Assembly (NCBI RefSeq): GCF_006345805.1
Contig: NC_043000.1
Location: 59,830,001 to 59,894,000 of the forward strand
Direction: 5' to 3'
Origin: Octopus sinensis
Taxonomy: Eukaryota
DNA length: 64,000 nucleotides
Part shown: positions 26,599-39,080 of the stretch, in pieces
Layout of the letters: each line of letters begins with the position of its first letter
Numbering within the stretch: the first letter of the stretch is position 1
Made by a program: the position numbers and the translations under genes
Notes under the pieces: model-generated
The model's input: the letters and a program-made list of their open reading frames with translations, nothing else
Database searches by the model: none
What the model was told of the DNA's origin: nothing

Positions 26599-27210
26599 CA
26601 ATTGTAGTGGTGGTTTTTGATGGTAGTGAGGACACAATTGTAGTGGTGGTTTTTGATGGTAGTGAGGACACAATTGTAGTGGTGGTTTTTGATGGTAGTG
26701 AGGACACAATTGTAGTGGTGGTTTTTGATGGTAGTGAGGACACAATTGTAGTAGTGTTTTTTGATGGTAGTGAGGACACAATTGTAGTGGTGGTTTTTGA
26801 TGGTAGTGAGGACACAATTGTAGTAGTGTTTTTTGATGGTAGTGAGGACACAATTGTAGTGGTGGTTTTTGATGGTAGTGAGGACACAATTGTAGTGGTG
26901 GTTTTTGATGGTAGTGAGGACACAATTGTAGTGGTGGTTTTTGATGGTAGTGAAGACACAATCGTAGTAGTGTTTTTTGATGGTAGTGAGGACACAATTG
27001 TAGTGGTGGTTTTTGATGGTAGTGAGGACACAATTGTAGTGGTGGTTTTTGATGGTAGTGAGGACACAATTGTAGTGGTGGTTTTTGATGGTAGTGAGGA
27101 CACAATTGTAGTGGTGGTTTTTGATGGTAGTGAGGACACAATTGTAGTGGTGGTTTTTGATGGTAGTGAGGACACAATTGTAGTGGTGGTTTTTGATAGT
27201 AGTGAGGACA
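26599..27210. repeat. Minisatellite, 17 x 36 bp (caattgtagtggtggtttttgatggtagtgaggaca)
   Basis: Exact 36-bp period; units 5, 7 and 11 carry the gtagtagtgtttttt variant; no spacers. Confidence 0.98.
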
Positions 27211-27545
27211 CAAAAATATCTCCAATGAAACAATGAGATAAGATTTAAGCCGCTTTCTGGCAGTAAGGGTGAAAATGATGTTGGTAGCCTAAGTCCAAAA
27301 GACATCCATTCTTGCTACTAACAGAGTGTAGGTATTGACAGGAACACTAACTATGCACATGGTCAATATTATGTAACACAGACACTTTTGACTTCCTTTT
27401 TTTTTCGGCAGTATAATATTGTTTTACTTTTATTCTTTCACTTTTGACAAGACTATAATATTGTTTATACTACATACATATAACTGCTTACAAAAATAGA
27501 GATTCATGTATAATTTTTTCTATGTTCATAATTTTTTTGTTTACA

Positions 27546-27846
27546 ATGCCACCAAAGAAAAGATGTAATCTCTCCAGAAACAACTATAAAGCAAGGAAGA
27601 TTTTAGAAAACTGAAGGCAAGAGTCTCAAGAGAGAAAGGAAATGAGACTTTCTCAAGATCAGCAAACACATGCTGCAGCACGCTAAATGGAGTCTCAAGA
27701 GAGAAGGGAGATGAAACTTTCACAAGATCAGCAAAGGTATGCTGCAGCGTATTAGACAAAGTCTCAATACAGAAGAGAGATGAAACTTTACCAAAATCAG
27801 GAAATGCATGCTGCAGCACATCAAAAGGAGTCTCAAGACAAGCGAG

Positions 27847-27848
<2 letters not shown>
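27546..27848 (+). pseudogene. Decayed Helitron-like N-terminal coding region with ~69-72 bp imperfect repeats
   Basis: [97 protein letters not shown] resembles the ESxExREARL repeats of animal Helitron Rep/Hel N-termini (recalled, not searched). Truncated by (TA)/(TG)/(CA)n. Confidence 0.55.
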
Positions 27849-27886
<38 letters not shown>

Positions 27887-27916
27887 ATACATACACACAT
27901 ACATACATACATATAT

Positions 27917-27977
<61 letters not shown>

Positions 27978-29324
27978 TATATTGGAATTTGTGATCCCTA
28001 ATTTACAAAAATATGGGATGCTCATGGCTGGAATGATATTGGCCATAGGTGCACATTCAATTAAATCTGACTTGGGGCTTAACAGCAATAGTAACAGTTT
28101 ACAGTTCAAGATACCATACAGGTATCACTGAATCAAATAGTGAAATTTACAAGCAAGAGAGGAAGTGAGAAGTTGTGGTAGGGATAGTATGTTGGAGACT
28201 GAGGATGTTGCAGAAATTGACATTGTGAGAGTTTTGTTGCTTAGCTCTACCTCTGATTAAGTAGCCCTATCATCAAAAATGTTCAAACCAGAGACATCCT
28301 GTCTTGATATATAATGAAGCTAAGAACATATTATCTAATGTGTCCTTTGTGTTATAAAACAGTAGAATGTGGTTTGACTGATATGTGGCAGCTAATTACT
28401 GTTGATGTTTAACCCTATGCCAACCCTTAACAACCAGACCTCCAATGGAAAATATTTTAAGCATGAGAATCATGTCTTTGTATATAACCTAGCCAGTACT
28501 AATTCATCCAATACATATTTCCATTTTCTTTTTTTTTATATTATAGTAAATGATTTTAGTAAAATTTTATCAGCTTATTATAGCAAGTTAAGGGACTCTT
28601 AAAGACTCCCTCATTAGCTCATGGGAATAGGGTAAATGAATAAAAGGATGAAGAACAGGATTTCAGTTTTAACTTTCAAAACACAGTTAATGCATTTCTA
28701 AGATATTCTAGCCTAGCAAATAACCAAAACCATCCCTGAACTCTCTAACTACCAGCTTATTCTATTTCACTTTTACACAATTAATTGCAGCAGTTTTGCA
28801 GCTTCCTTTTTCAATTAATAACTCCAGTAAATGAGAATGAGTCTGCCTTCAATAATAAATTAATGATAATTGTTTCAATGTTACATGAGAAAGAATATTC
28901 TATTTCAGTTGCTGGTCCTAAGGGTCTTAAACAGAATAGAATGCACTCAAGTTCAGTACCAAGTAAATTATGTTGTTACTGTTTAGCCCTAGACCAACCT
29001 TGATCAAGTAGATGCATGGCCAATGGCTTTCTGGTCATGCCCAACCTATCTTTTTGGAGTGTCTAGATCTTTGTTATTCAATGTATTCTTAGCTTTTTAT
29101 TTCTTAATGTGGTTGTGGTTTTGAACAAAATTGCAGTGTTATTTCTAGTAGGTCAAACAAATGTTTAGAGATTACCCCAACTTGACAATATGCTCTCTGT
29201 GTGTTGTGTTGCATCAGAACCCACAATCATGTATTTTCTACAGTGGTTGACTAACTAACAAGAGGACAAGCAAAAATTTAATGATAAATAATAATTGTGA
29301 TGTACTCAATGTATTCTATAAAGT

Positions 29325-29470
29325 GGTTGGCATTAGGAAGGTCATCCAACCACAAAAACCATGCCAAAGCAAACACTGGAGCTTTGCACAATACTTTGGC
29401 TCATTGGTTTCTGTTGAAACAGCCAGCTTATACCAGCATGGAAATACAGATGTTAAATGGTGATGATGCC
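29325..29470 (+). mobile_element. Solo RTE-type 3' tail fragment
   Basis: gtggttggcattaggaaggtcatccaaccac...ccagcatggaaatacagatgttaaatggtgatgatg. Confidence 0.55.
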
Positions 29471-30013
29471 GATATAGTGGTTATCTGAGATATGGAGTTT
29501 ATCTCAGTTTTCTCATAGGTAAAAAAAGGTTAAGAAAAGCTGTGTAACATTTAAGCAAGAGTTTGTTGTCCCTCTTTACAGCATATTACCAAACAAATGC
29601 AAGAGGGTGTTCTTTGTGTTATTGTAGGATATAAAGAGAGAAATGCTAAAATGTGTAGTCAATTTTTTAAAAAAACAGGATTGAATTTGTTCCTTTTTTA
29701 CTTAAAAAAATTCAGTTTGGTTCAAAATTCTAATTTTGAAACAAGTTCTTGGGTTTGATTATTTAATTATGATGGTGTTGAATTCAGATCATATAAGTGC
29801 TCAAGGTACAGCATAGGAATTGTGTAGTCTTAAACTAGGTATATTACTGCTTGTCTTGATCCATTCAGATACATTGATGGTTTAATTTCATGATGTAATA
29901 GTTGATTTTACAAACAATACATTTAAGACTACATGTGAATGTAAAATTTGGAAGAACAGATAAATCTATATCAACACCCGAAGAAGAAAAAAGAAAAAAA
30001 GTAGATAAAACAT

Positions 30014-30410
30014 AGGCACAGTGTGGCTGTATGATGGGAAGTTTACTTCTCCACCAAATGGTTCCGGGTTCAGTCCCACTGTGTGGCACCTTGGGCAAGT
30101 GTCTTCAACTATAGCCTCAAGCCAGCCAAAGCCTTGTAAGTGGATTTGGTAGATGGAAACTGAAAGAAACCGTCGTATATGTGTGTTGTGTGTGTGTGTC
30201 TGTGTGTCTGTCTGTCTGTTCCCACTACCACTTGACAACTGGTGTTGGTGTGGCTATGTCCACTGTAACTTAGTGGTTCAGCAACAGAGACAGATAGAAT
30301 AAGTACTAGGCTTTAAAAAAAAATGTGCTGAGGTCAGTTCATTTGACTAAAAATTCTTCAAAGCAGTGCCCCAGAATGGCTGCAGTCTAATGACTGAAAC
30401 AAGTAAAAGA
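30014..30410 (+). mobile_element. SINE family B (tRNA head, CORE-like cttgggcaagtgtctt, internal microsatellite)
   Basis: ggcacagtgtggctgtatg...ggttccgggttcagtcccactg B-box region; 3' gactgaaacaagtaaaaga; same family at 35937, 43602 and 53200. Confidence 0.8.
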
Positions 30411-30544
30411 TAAAACAAAAAACATATTTGAAATAATCATCTAAAAATACTGTTACATCTACAAGAGTGTTGTTATTTTCAATGTCAGGTACTTAATGAA
30501 TACAAAAGGCAAACACTTATTTACTCCTCATATGGAAAGTTGAT

Positions 30545-32358
30545 TGATCGACATTTAAAGTAAATCTGGTGGGCAATGAGAAAACTAGGGATAGATGAAT
30601 GGTTAGTGAGAGCTGTGCGGGCCATGTATAGGGACGCCGCTAGTAGGGTGAGGGTTGGAAATGAGTACAGTGAAGAATTCCGGGTAGAGGTAGGGGTCCA
30701 CCAAGGCTCAGTACTCAGCCCCCTCCTATTTATCATAGTCCTCCAGGCAATAACGGAGGAATTCAAGACAGGATGCCCTTGGGCTCCTCTATGCTGATGA
30801 CCTTGCTCTAATTGCTGAGTCGCTATCAGAACTGGAGGAGAAGTTTCAGGTGTGGAAACAAGGATTAGAATCGAAGGGCCTCAGAGTCAATCTAGCTAAA
30901 ACCAAAGTCGTAATCAGTAGGAAGGTAGACAAATCACAAACACCTTCAGGTAGATGGCCTGCTCGATCTGTAGAAAAGGTGTAGGTAGAAACTCTATAAG
31001 ATGCACCAAGTGTAAGCTATGGACACATAAGAGATGCAGCAATGTCAAAGGAAGGCTAACTAGGAAGATGGTTTTTGTATGTGGCAGATGCTCAGGACAA
31101 TAAACACTGAAAATGCTCTGAGACCAACTTCCGTCACTTTCCAGGGAGAAAAACTAGAAATAGTTGATAGTTTCCGTTACCTAGGTGACCAAGTCAGCAG
31201 CGGGTGGGTGTGCTGAAAGTGTAACTGCTAGAGTAAGAATAGCTTGGGCAAAGTTCAGAGAGCTCTTACCTCTGCTGGTGACAAAAGGCCTCTCGCACAG
31301 AGTGAAGGCAGACTGTATGATGCGTGTGTACGAACAGCCATGCTACATGGCAGTGAAACATGGGCCGCGACTGCTTAGGATATGCGTAAGCTCGCTAGAA
31401 ATGAAGCCAGTATGCTCCGATGGATGTTGTAATGCCGGTACTCACACACTCGGCAGAGTGTAAGTACCTTGAGAGAAAGCTGGACCTAAGAAGCATCAGT
31501 TGTGGTGTGCAAGAGAGACGTTTGCGCTGGTATGGTCATGTGGCGAGAATGGATGAAGATAGTTGTGTGAAAAAGTGCCACACCCTAGCGGTTGAGGGAA
31601 CCTGTGGAAGAGGCAGACCCAGGAAACCTGGGACGAGGTGGTGAAGCACGACCTTCGAACTTTAGGTCTCACTGAGGAAATGACTAGAGACCGAGACCTC
31701 TGGAAGTGTGCTGTGCGCAAGAAGACCCGGCAGGACAAGTGAGTCCACAACCCGTGGCCTTCTACATGGGATGGAGCCAGCCTACGTATGCATACCTTCC
31801 CTTCTTGGGACACAAAACTCTACTTGTGAAGACGTGTTGAGGCAAGTGAGGATCAGAATTGAAATCGATCAATGGAAATTGCGGATGTGCTACCAGTGCC
31901 GGTGGCATGTCGAAACTCTGCTTGTGAAGACCCATTGAGGCAAGTGAGGATCAGAATCGAAATCGATCAATGGAATCGATCAATGGAAATTGCAGATGTG
32001 TTACCAGTGCCGGTGGCATGTAAGAGACTTTCCGTTTCGCGACCGTTGCCAGCACCGCCCCGTTTCGTGTCCGTTGCCAGCCTCGCCTGGCCCTCGTGCC
32101 GGTGGCACATAAAAAGCACCATCCGTTCGTGGCCGTTTGCCAGCTCTGTCTGGCACCAGTGCGGGTGGCACGTAAAAAGCACCCACTACACTCACGGAGT
32201 GGTTGGCGTTAGGAAGGGCATCCAGCCGTAGAAACACTGCCAGATTTGACTGGGCCTGATGAAGCCTTCTGGCTTCACAGACCCCAGTAGAACCGTCCAA
32301 CCCATGCTAGCATGGAAAACGGACGCTAAATGATGATGATGATGATGATGATGATGAT
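30545..32358 (+). mobile_element. 5'-truncated RTE-clade LINE (RT, internal PHD-like finger, 3' UTR, (GAT)n tail)
   Basis: IWWAMRKLGIDEWLV, GVHQGSVLSPLLF, LYADDLALI, LRVNLAKTKV, FRYLGD, RRLRWYGHVARM, GRGRPRK across several frameshifts; GC/CpG-rich 3' UTR; tail tgatgatgat... at 32331-32358. Confidence 0.92.
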
Positions 32359-35127
32359 CAATGGGAGACTGGCTCCCATGGATTTGAGGCTGTGGTTCTG
32401 GGTATTGTAATATTCAACTTTGAAGTGGACATGTAGATATTGTTGATATGGGTGGAGATGTCAAGAAAACTGAGATGTTGGATACAGTAGAGGTAAATAT
32501 CAAGACAGAATCAAAAGAGTTAATGAAAAATGATTGATCTATCAAGATGTTATCTGGTAAGAATGGGAGCACCTACACAATTATCAATATATCTATGCAT
32601 GTGAGCATACGCACACATACAAGCACACACAGGGCTTCTTCACAGTTTCCATCTTTTATATTCTATTCAAAAAGTATTGGTCAGTCCAAGATTATGACAG
32701 AAGAGAATCACCTAAGATGCTACATAGTAAGATTGAACCCGAAACTATGTTGTTGTGAAGTGAACTGCTTAACTAACTACACAGCCATGTTTGTGCCTTG
32801 TGTTTAAACATTTTACAGTAGAGATATGTTAAACATTTGTTTAAGTGTCTACAAACAACAATGCTGTCTATTTGCATAAATTAAAATATTTTCTTAATTG
32901 TATTCTGCTGAATACATTCATTCTCATAATGACATAACAGAAATATAACACTTTTATGTGTGACAAGTTTTTCAGAACAGCTGAGTATAGTTTGATAGGG
33001 CATGGTTACACAATACTGAAAAGACATTCATATTACTGTCAGATCTTTTGACAGATATTTAGGGGGAAAATTCAATAAATTACATAAATGTTGAGAATCT
33101 GAAACAGTGTATTGGTAAACGAATTAAAAATGGATCAAGCTTTACATATGCTTCTTCTCTGTCATATCAGCTATAAAATTGGAAATTAACTTTTGCATTG
33201 CTATTTTTTTTTATTTTAGATATCTACACATATTAAAAGAAAAAGTATGTGCACACACACGTACATGCACACAGGATAAATGGATACAGTAATGAATTGC
33301 TTTTATGCACTATGACAAATCTTTGCCAAGCTTATTTGTGAAAGGCTAAAGAGTTAAGACTCATTGAAAAGTTGGACATGTGCTATTAAAATACTAGTAC
33401 AGCAGCCTAGACAAACATTAAAATAAATTTATTTTACTGTTGACAAAGATACAGAAAACATTAAATCAAAGGTATTTTTATTATATAAGAACAAACGGTA
33501 AATGTTTATTTAACATTATGCATAAAACACTGCACCTAATATCATGTTAGCATGTCTTGTTATCCATGAAATCATTGCATACAGCTGAAAAATTTTGCAG
33601 AGTATCTAAGTCAAATGAAACTAAGTTTCTCCAAGTTAATACATAGAAGAATGTGAGCTTAGGAAATCAAGTTAATGAAACATTTGTCAATTATACAATA
33701 TACTTACATGGTAATCATTTATAGTTAAACTGAGTTAATGAATTTTAAGAGCCATTTCTGGAAGCAATGTAATGTCAGTGATGGGATATATGACCCAATA
33801 AACATTTCATTGATGGAGTGACACTATAATATAATATAGCAGCAATGTCAGTATTAACTGGAAATCTAGTGGAAGAGAATTACCTTGCTAAGTTTTCTAG
33901 TGTATTGCACATGCTGGAAAAATTAGCATACAACATAATGTAGTTCTAATTAGAACCAAATCAGCCCTCTCCAAGCAGACATGATCAGAGACCATGGCTG
34001 TCTCGTCATTTTTGTATACCTAAGGCTACATTATTTTGAGGAAGATTTGGTTGCAGGTTGTAATCATAATGAAAATAATTATAAAAAGTGGTGGCAAACT
34101 TTTATGACTTAACTTTTGCCAATGCCAGCCACTACCAGATTAGATTCTGGACCTTATGTTACATATATACACAGATTGGCCATCTGAAAAATGAGAGCTT
34201 CTACCAGAAGGAAATATATGATTTAGAGTAATCTTAGCATTCTAAACCCTTTGGGCAAAACAATGCAATATAGTATTTATTGACAGCAAGCCACAGCATA
34301 TATAGGTCTCCATCCCTGTGATCCTTACCCCTTAGGCAACTAGCCAATGCACCTATGCCTTATGATAGCACTGATCTGTCACATAGAATATTTTCATAGG
34401 TAAATGTTGCAAGTGCAAATTTGCAATAATTAAATTATAGGCTTGCTGTTTAACAACAGCTGAAACCCTGGTCAAACAAACCTATGGTCAGAAGCATTTC
34501 TGATGTGACCATATAACTTTTTTAGAAATACCTAGAATTGTTGTCTGAAATCTCCTTCCATTTTTCTTAGAATAGTACAGTGTGATTTGTCAATTATTTC
34601 TAACAGGTCAAGCAACCATGTAATGACAATGGTCTTAGAAAATATCAAGATAGCTTATTTGCCAGAATTAATTTCTGCAATCAATATGGTAAATAAATAC
34701 TACAGAGATAGCTCCTATTTTATTTGTGACAGAGTCCATAAAAAACAATCAGCTGGTTACTGACTATTTGGCTGAGGCATGAAAATTAAATTCATTTTGT
34801 TCTGTCCTAAAACTAAGTTAATAAAATCATAAATAACATGGAAACAATTTCCTGCTGGTGAATGAGCTTTTCAGCATAGCTCAGATCCTTATAATTGTTG
34901 TTTATCCTCAGGTCAGTTCTGACTGAATAAACATATGATCAAAGACATTCCAGCTGTGACGAGCCTGTCTTTTGTAAATCTAAGACTACACTGCTCAATG
35001 ATTTTCTTCTGTTTTGCTGTTTTTATTTATTTATTTTATATTTATTTTAAAGCATTTTGTAAATGGCAGAGTGTGATTTGAGATAATTTTTCTGCTATTT
35101 CTCACAGGCTGAGTGATCATATATAAC

Positions 35128-35410
35128 CAGAGTTCTCAACTTTTACACTATCAAGGACCCCTTTTGTTAATATGAATTTTCTCATGGGCCCCACACTTTT
35201 GAAAGACCTGTTTACTCCAAAAGTTAATTTTATTAACACCAAACTTGTTTCACTAGTTTTATCTCTCAGTTGAAAGATGTATGTAATGGAAAAATTATAT
35301 GTAGCTGATTAATTAGACAATTTACATTGCAACCGTTTAAGATTCTGATCACAATTTATGCAGCCAAATACTACCTTTGTAGGCCACCAAGGATCTGTGG
35401 ACCTCAGATG
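35128..35410. mobile_element. Possible hAT-type MITE remnant
   Basis: Starts cagagttctcaac...aaggacccc and ends gatctgtggacctcag, similar to CAGNGGTTCTCAAC-type termini; the right TIR is not intact. Confidence 0.3.
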
Positions 35411-35936
35411 ATGTACAATCTCCCGCATTGGTTTGTGAGCTTGTGTCCCCAGAAAGTCCTCAGTCAAAGTGTACAATGACTAAGAAATCTTTCTAAATAT
35501 TATTTGCAGAGGCTTCATACTTAATGTATTGTGACTAAGACAGCAGGATATTATTTAGAGTAAAGCCACTTCCAATTATGAATAAAGTACAGATTGTTTA
35601 GGGTACAAATAGGAAGTAGATTTTATTGGTAAAATGCTTAAGCAAGCTTCTGTGGTTACTGGTGTGGTTGTTTAACCCCCAAATTTAACTGAGTAGAGTG
35701 GCGATCAATAACATTCCAACCATGACCAGCTATTCTTTTATGCAGACAATATACTTAGAACTTCATTATCCAATGTGACCTTCCTTAGAGGAAGATTTGG
35801 TTGCTATATCTAGCTGGTTGAGATGGTCTTATCTCTAGTAAAACAAAGAATTTGGGAATGACAAATTGTTAGATGGTAAATGGCAGGGAATGAACTTTGT
35901 AATATGTCACTTTGGTTCTGAAATATTTATATGTGG

Positions 35937-36300
35937 GCACAGACATGGCTGTGCTGTTAAGAAACTATGTGGTTTCAAGTTCAGTTCCACTACATGGCAC
36001 TTTAGGCAAGTGTTTTCTACTATAGCCCCAAGCCAATAAATATCTTGTGAGAGGATTTGGTAGACAGAAACTGTGTGGAAATCCATCGTGCATGTGTGTG
36101 TTACTATGTGTGCATGTGACCTCCACTACTACTTGACAACTGGTGTTGATTTGCTTATGTCACTGTAACTAAGTGGTTCAGCAAAAGAGACCTATATAGT
36201 AACTATCAGACTTCAAAATAAGTACTGGAGTTGATATGTTTGACTAAAGCCTTCAAGATGATGCCCTGGTATGACCACAGTCCAATTACTGAAAAAAGTA
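35937..36300 (+). mobile_element. SINE family B copy
   Basis: gggcacagacatggctgtgctgttaagaa...ggcactttaggcaagtgttttctactatagcc, colinear with the copy at 30014. Confidence 0.75.
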
Positions 36301-36849
36301 GATGAACAATACACACATACATACACATTTAGAGCAAGATGAAATTTTGGTTGGTGTCTACAGAAAAAGAAATGAATATTAGTTATTGAGCATAAGGTCC
36401 ACATCATCTTATATTGAGTATACTAATATAAAGTGTTCCCTCCTGTATTTTTCCTCAGGGACCTTTAGCACATGGTTTTCTCTCACACCTTTATGTTGCT
36501 CACTTCACTGTTTTTGTTGTTGACACTCACCATATGCAGAGCTAAGCTAAAAAGATATTCTATCATTTTAATCACTTCATTCAATCATTCATCTAACCCG
36601 TAATACTAACATGTACTGTTCCCTGAAACCTTAGTTTTATCTCCATTTCATGTTTTCATCATTGTTCTCTAGTAAGAATGGCTATCGCTTCTCTGCGATG
36701 TGCCCACACACTCCCACCCCCACCACATATACCAGAAATCTATCCTCAATACCAGAAACCCCTTCAGAGCTCTGCTTCATTTCAGTACCTGAAGACTTGC
36801 ATATCTTCATCCCTACTTCCCTGCCACCAACAATCACCCAACTACTACA

Positions 36850-37918
36850 TACACCAAAAGGTGTAAGCTTTGGACGCACAAAAGGTGCAGCAATATCAGA
36901 GGAAGGTTAACAAGGAAATTAGCTTTTGTATGTGGAAGATACACAGGTACAATAAACATGGAAAATAGGCTCCATCAACTGCCAGGGTAGCAAACTATGA
37001 GGAGTAGATAGCTTCTGTTATCTAGGTGACTAAGTTAGTAGTAGAGGTAGATGCTCCAAGAGCATAGTTGTGAGAATAAGATTGGGTTGGGCAAAGTTCA
37101 GAGAGTTCCTACCTCTGCTGGCAACAAAGGGCTTCTCTCTCAGGGTGAAAGGCAGATTGTATAATGTCTGTGTGTGAACAGCTATACTACATGGCAGTGA
37201 AACATGAGCTGTGACAGCTGAGGACATGCATAGGCTTGAAAGAAGTGAAATCAGTATGCTTTGCTGAATGTGAAATGTCAGTGTGCATATTCGACAAGGT
37301 GTAAGCATCTTGAGAGAAAAGTTAGGCATAAAAGGCATCAGATGTGGTGTACAAGAGAGACAACTGCACTGGTATGGTCATATGATGCATATGGATGAGG
37401 ACAGCTGTGTAAAGAAGTGCTGATCTCTAACTGTGGAGGGAATCTGTGGTAGACCTGGAAGACATGGGATGAAGTGATGAGGCATGATCTTTGAATTTTG
37501 AGCCTCACAGAAGCAATGACTAGTGATCGAGACCTTTGGCGATATGTTGTGCTTGAGAAGACCCATCAAGCAAAGTAAAATCGTAGTCATGGCTGATGCT
37601 GGTGTCACGTAACCGGAAAGAGCACCTTCTGAGCATTGGGCCTCACAGAGGCAAAGTGGCTGAGTTCTTTCCAAGCATTTAACCTCATAGAGGCAATGAC
37701 TGAGACCTTTGGCATTATGTCATGTTTGAGAAAAAGACTCATCAAACTGAGCAAAATCACAGTTGTGGCAAATACTGGTGTCATGCAAATGGCACCCATG
37801 CCGGTGGCACATAAAAGCACCCATTACACTCTCAGAGTGGTTGGTATTAGGAAGTGCAGACTTCCAGATACCATCCAGCTCATGCCAACATGGACAATGA
37901 ACGTTAAATGATGATGAT
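36850..37918 (+). mobile_element. Second, more diverged RTE LINE fragment
   Basis: CKLWTHKRCSNIRGRLTRKLAFVCGR, VDSFCYLGD*, WAKFREFLPLLATKGFSLRVKGRLY, LHWYGH; same 3' UTR type; ends in gatgatgat. Confidence 0.85.
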
Positions 37919-38329
37919 TTTTTTTCCCTTACGGAACCTTCAACAATGAACATTCATATATTCAATCAATGGAACTACCTACGAGTTATATTAACATATA
38001 AGTGGTTGAGTATTCCACAGACACTGAGAATTCCATTCAAGTTCAGCACAACAATATGTGACAAAACTGAATTTTTGATTACAGGTACAATCCATTTTCT
38101 GGTAACCCAGTTTCACTCACAAGGCTTAGATAGACCCAAAACAATGGTAAAAGACCCTTGCATAAAATACCATGCAGCAGAATCAAATTGAGAACTTCAT
38201 GATTGGGGAATAAACTTTTCAACCACTTCACCATTCCTGAATAGTATATCTATGTGTATAAAAAAAATACGACCTGTCCTCCACAGCAGTAGAATTAAGG
38301 CCACCCTCCCTGATGAAGAGGATTGGCCT

Positions 38330-38572
38330 GCAAGAGTCTTCTGCCAGTGTCATGTAAAAAGTACTTATGCTGGTACCATGTAAAAGTGCTCATGCCAAAA
38401 GTATCCAACACACACTGTAAAGTGGTTGGTATTAGGAAGGGCATCCAGCTGTAGGAACCAAGTCAAATCAGACAGGAACCTGGTGCAACTCTCCAGCTTG
38501 CCAGTTCTGGTAAAATCGTCCAACCCATGCCAGCATGGAAAGCAGACGTTAAAGGATGATGATGTTGATGAT
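38330..38572 (+). mobile_element. Solo RTE-type 3' tail fragment
   Basis: gtggttggtattaggaagggcatccagctgtagg...ccaacccatgccagcatggaaagcagacgttaaaggatgatgatg. Confidence 0.6.
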
Positions 38573-38879
38573 TCAAGTACAGTATATCTAAGACTTCATT
38601 GTACAATGTGTCATTTTTGTTTCTTTGTTGTTTTTTTTTTAAATGAAGATTATAGGTTCAAAGGACTTTGGCTTTAATTTTTCTAGTGGGTCAAATGATT
38701 GCATGAACTGTGCTTGTTAGTTTTATTGCAAATGATGTTGGTGGTGGTGATTATTATCATCATCATTATTACAACATCACAATGTTGATGATGTATCAAG
38801 AAATATATATATGAAGAAATACACACAAAAAATTCAAATTAGTCAATTGATTAGGGTGGAACAAACCACTGTTAAAACA

Positions 38880-39080
38880 ATGAAGGAGCCTCTATGTGAC
38901 TGCTTGATCTGCTAGAAATAGAAATCACATTTCTCTCAATGTTATCATCATTAAAGCAAGATATGTTGGATCCAGAGTACACAATGCTTTGAAAAGAAAA
39001 AATACAAGACGGTCATAGTTGGAATGTCTTTGGCTATATGTCTGCTCAGTCAGACCTGATTTCCATCTAAACAATAACAA
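38880..39080 (-). repeat. Family X copy (reverse orientation)
   Basis: gaaggagcctctatgtgactgcttgatctgctagaaatag...ggtcatagttggaatgtctttggctatatgtctgctcag. Confidence 0.5.

Noticed and set aside
26599-27210. CRISPR-like array (36-bp repeats)
   Set aside because: The units are directly adjacent with no unique spacers, there are no cas genes, and the context is eukaryotic; it is a minisatellite.
26426-27305. Four long ORFs (216-261 aa) as protein-coding genes
   Set aside because: All are translations of the same stop-poor 36-bp unit; there is no supporting unique coding sequence or splice context.
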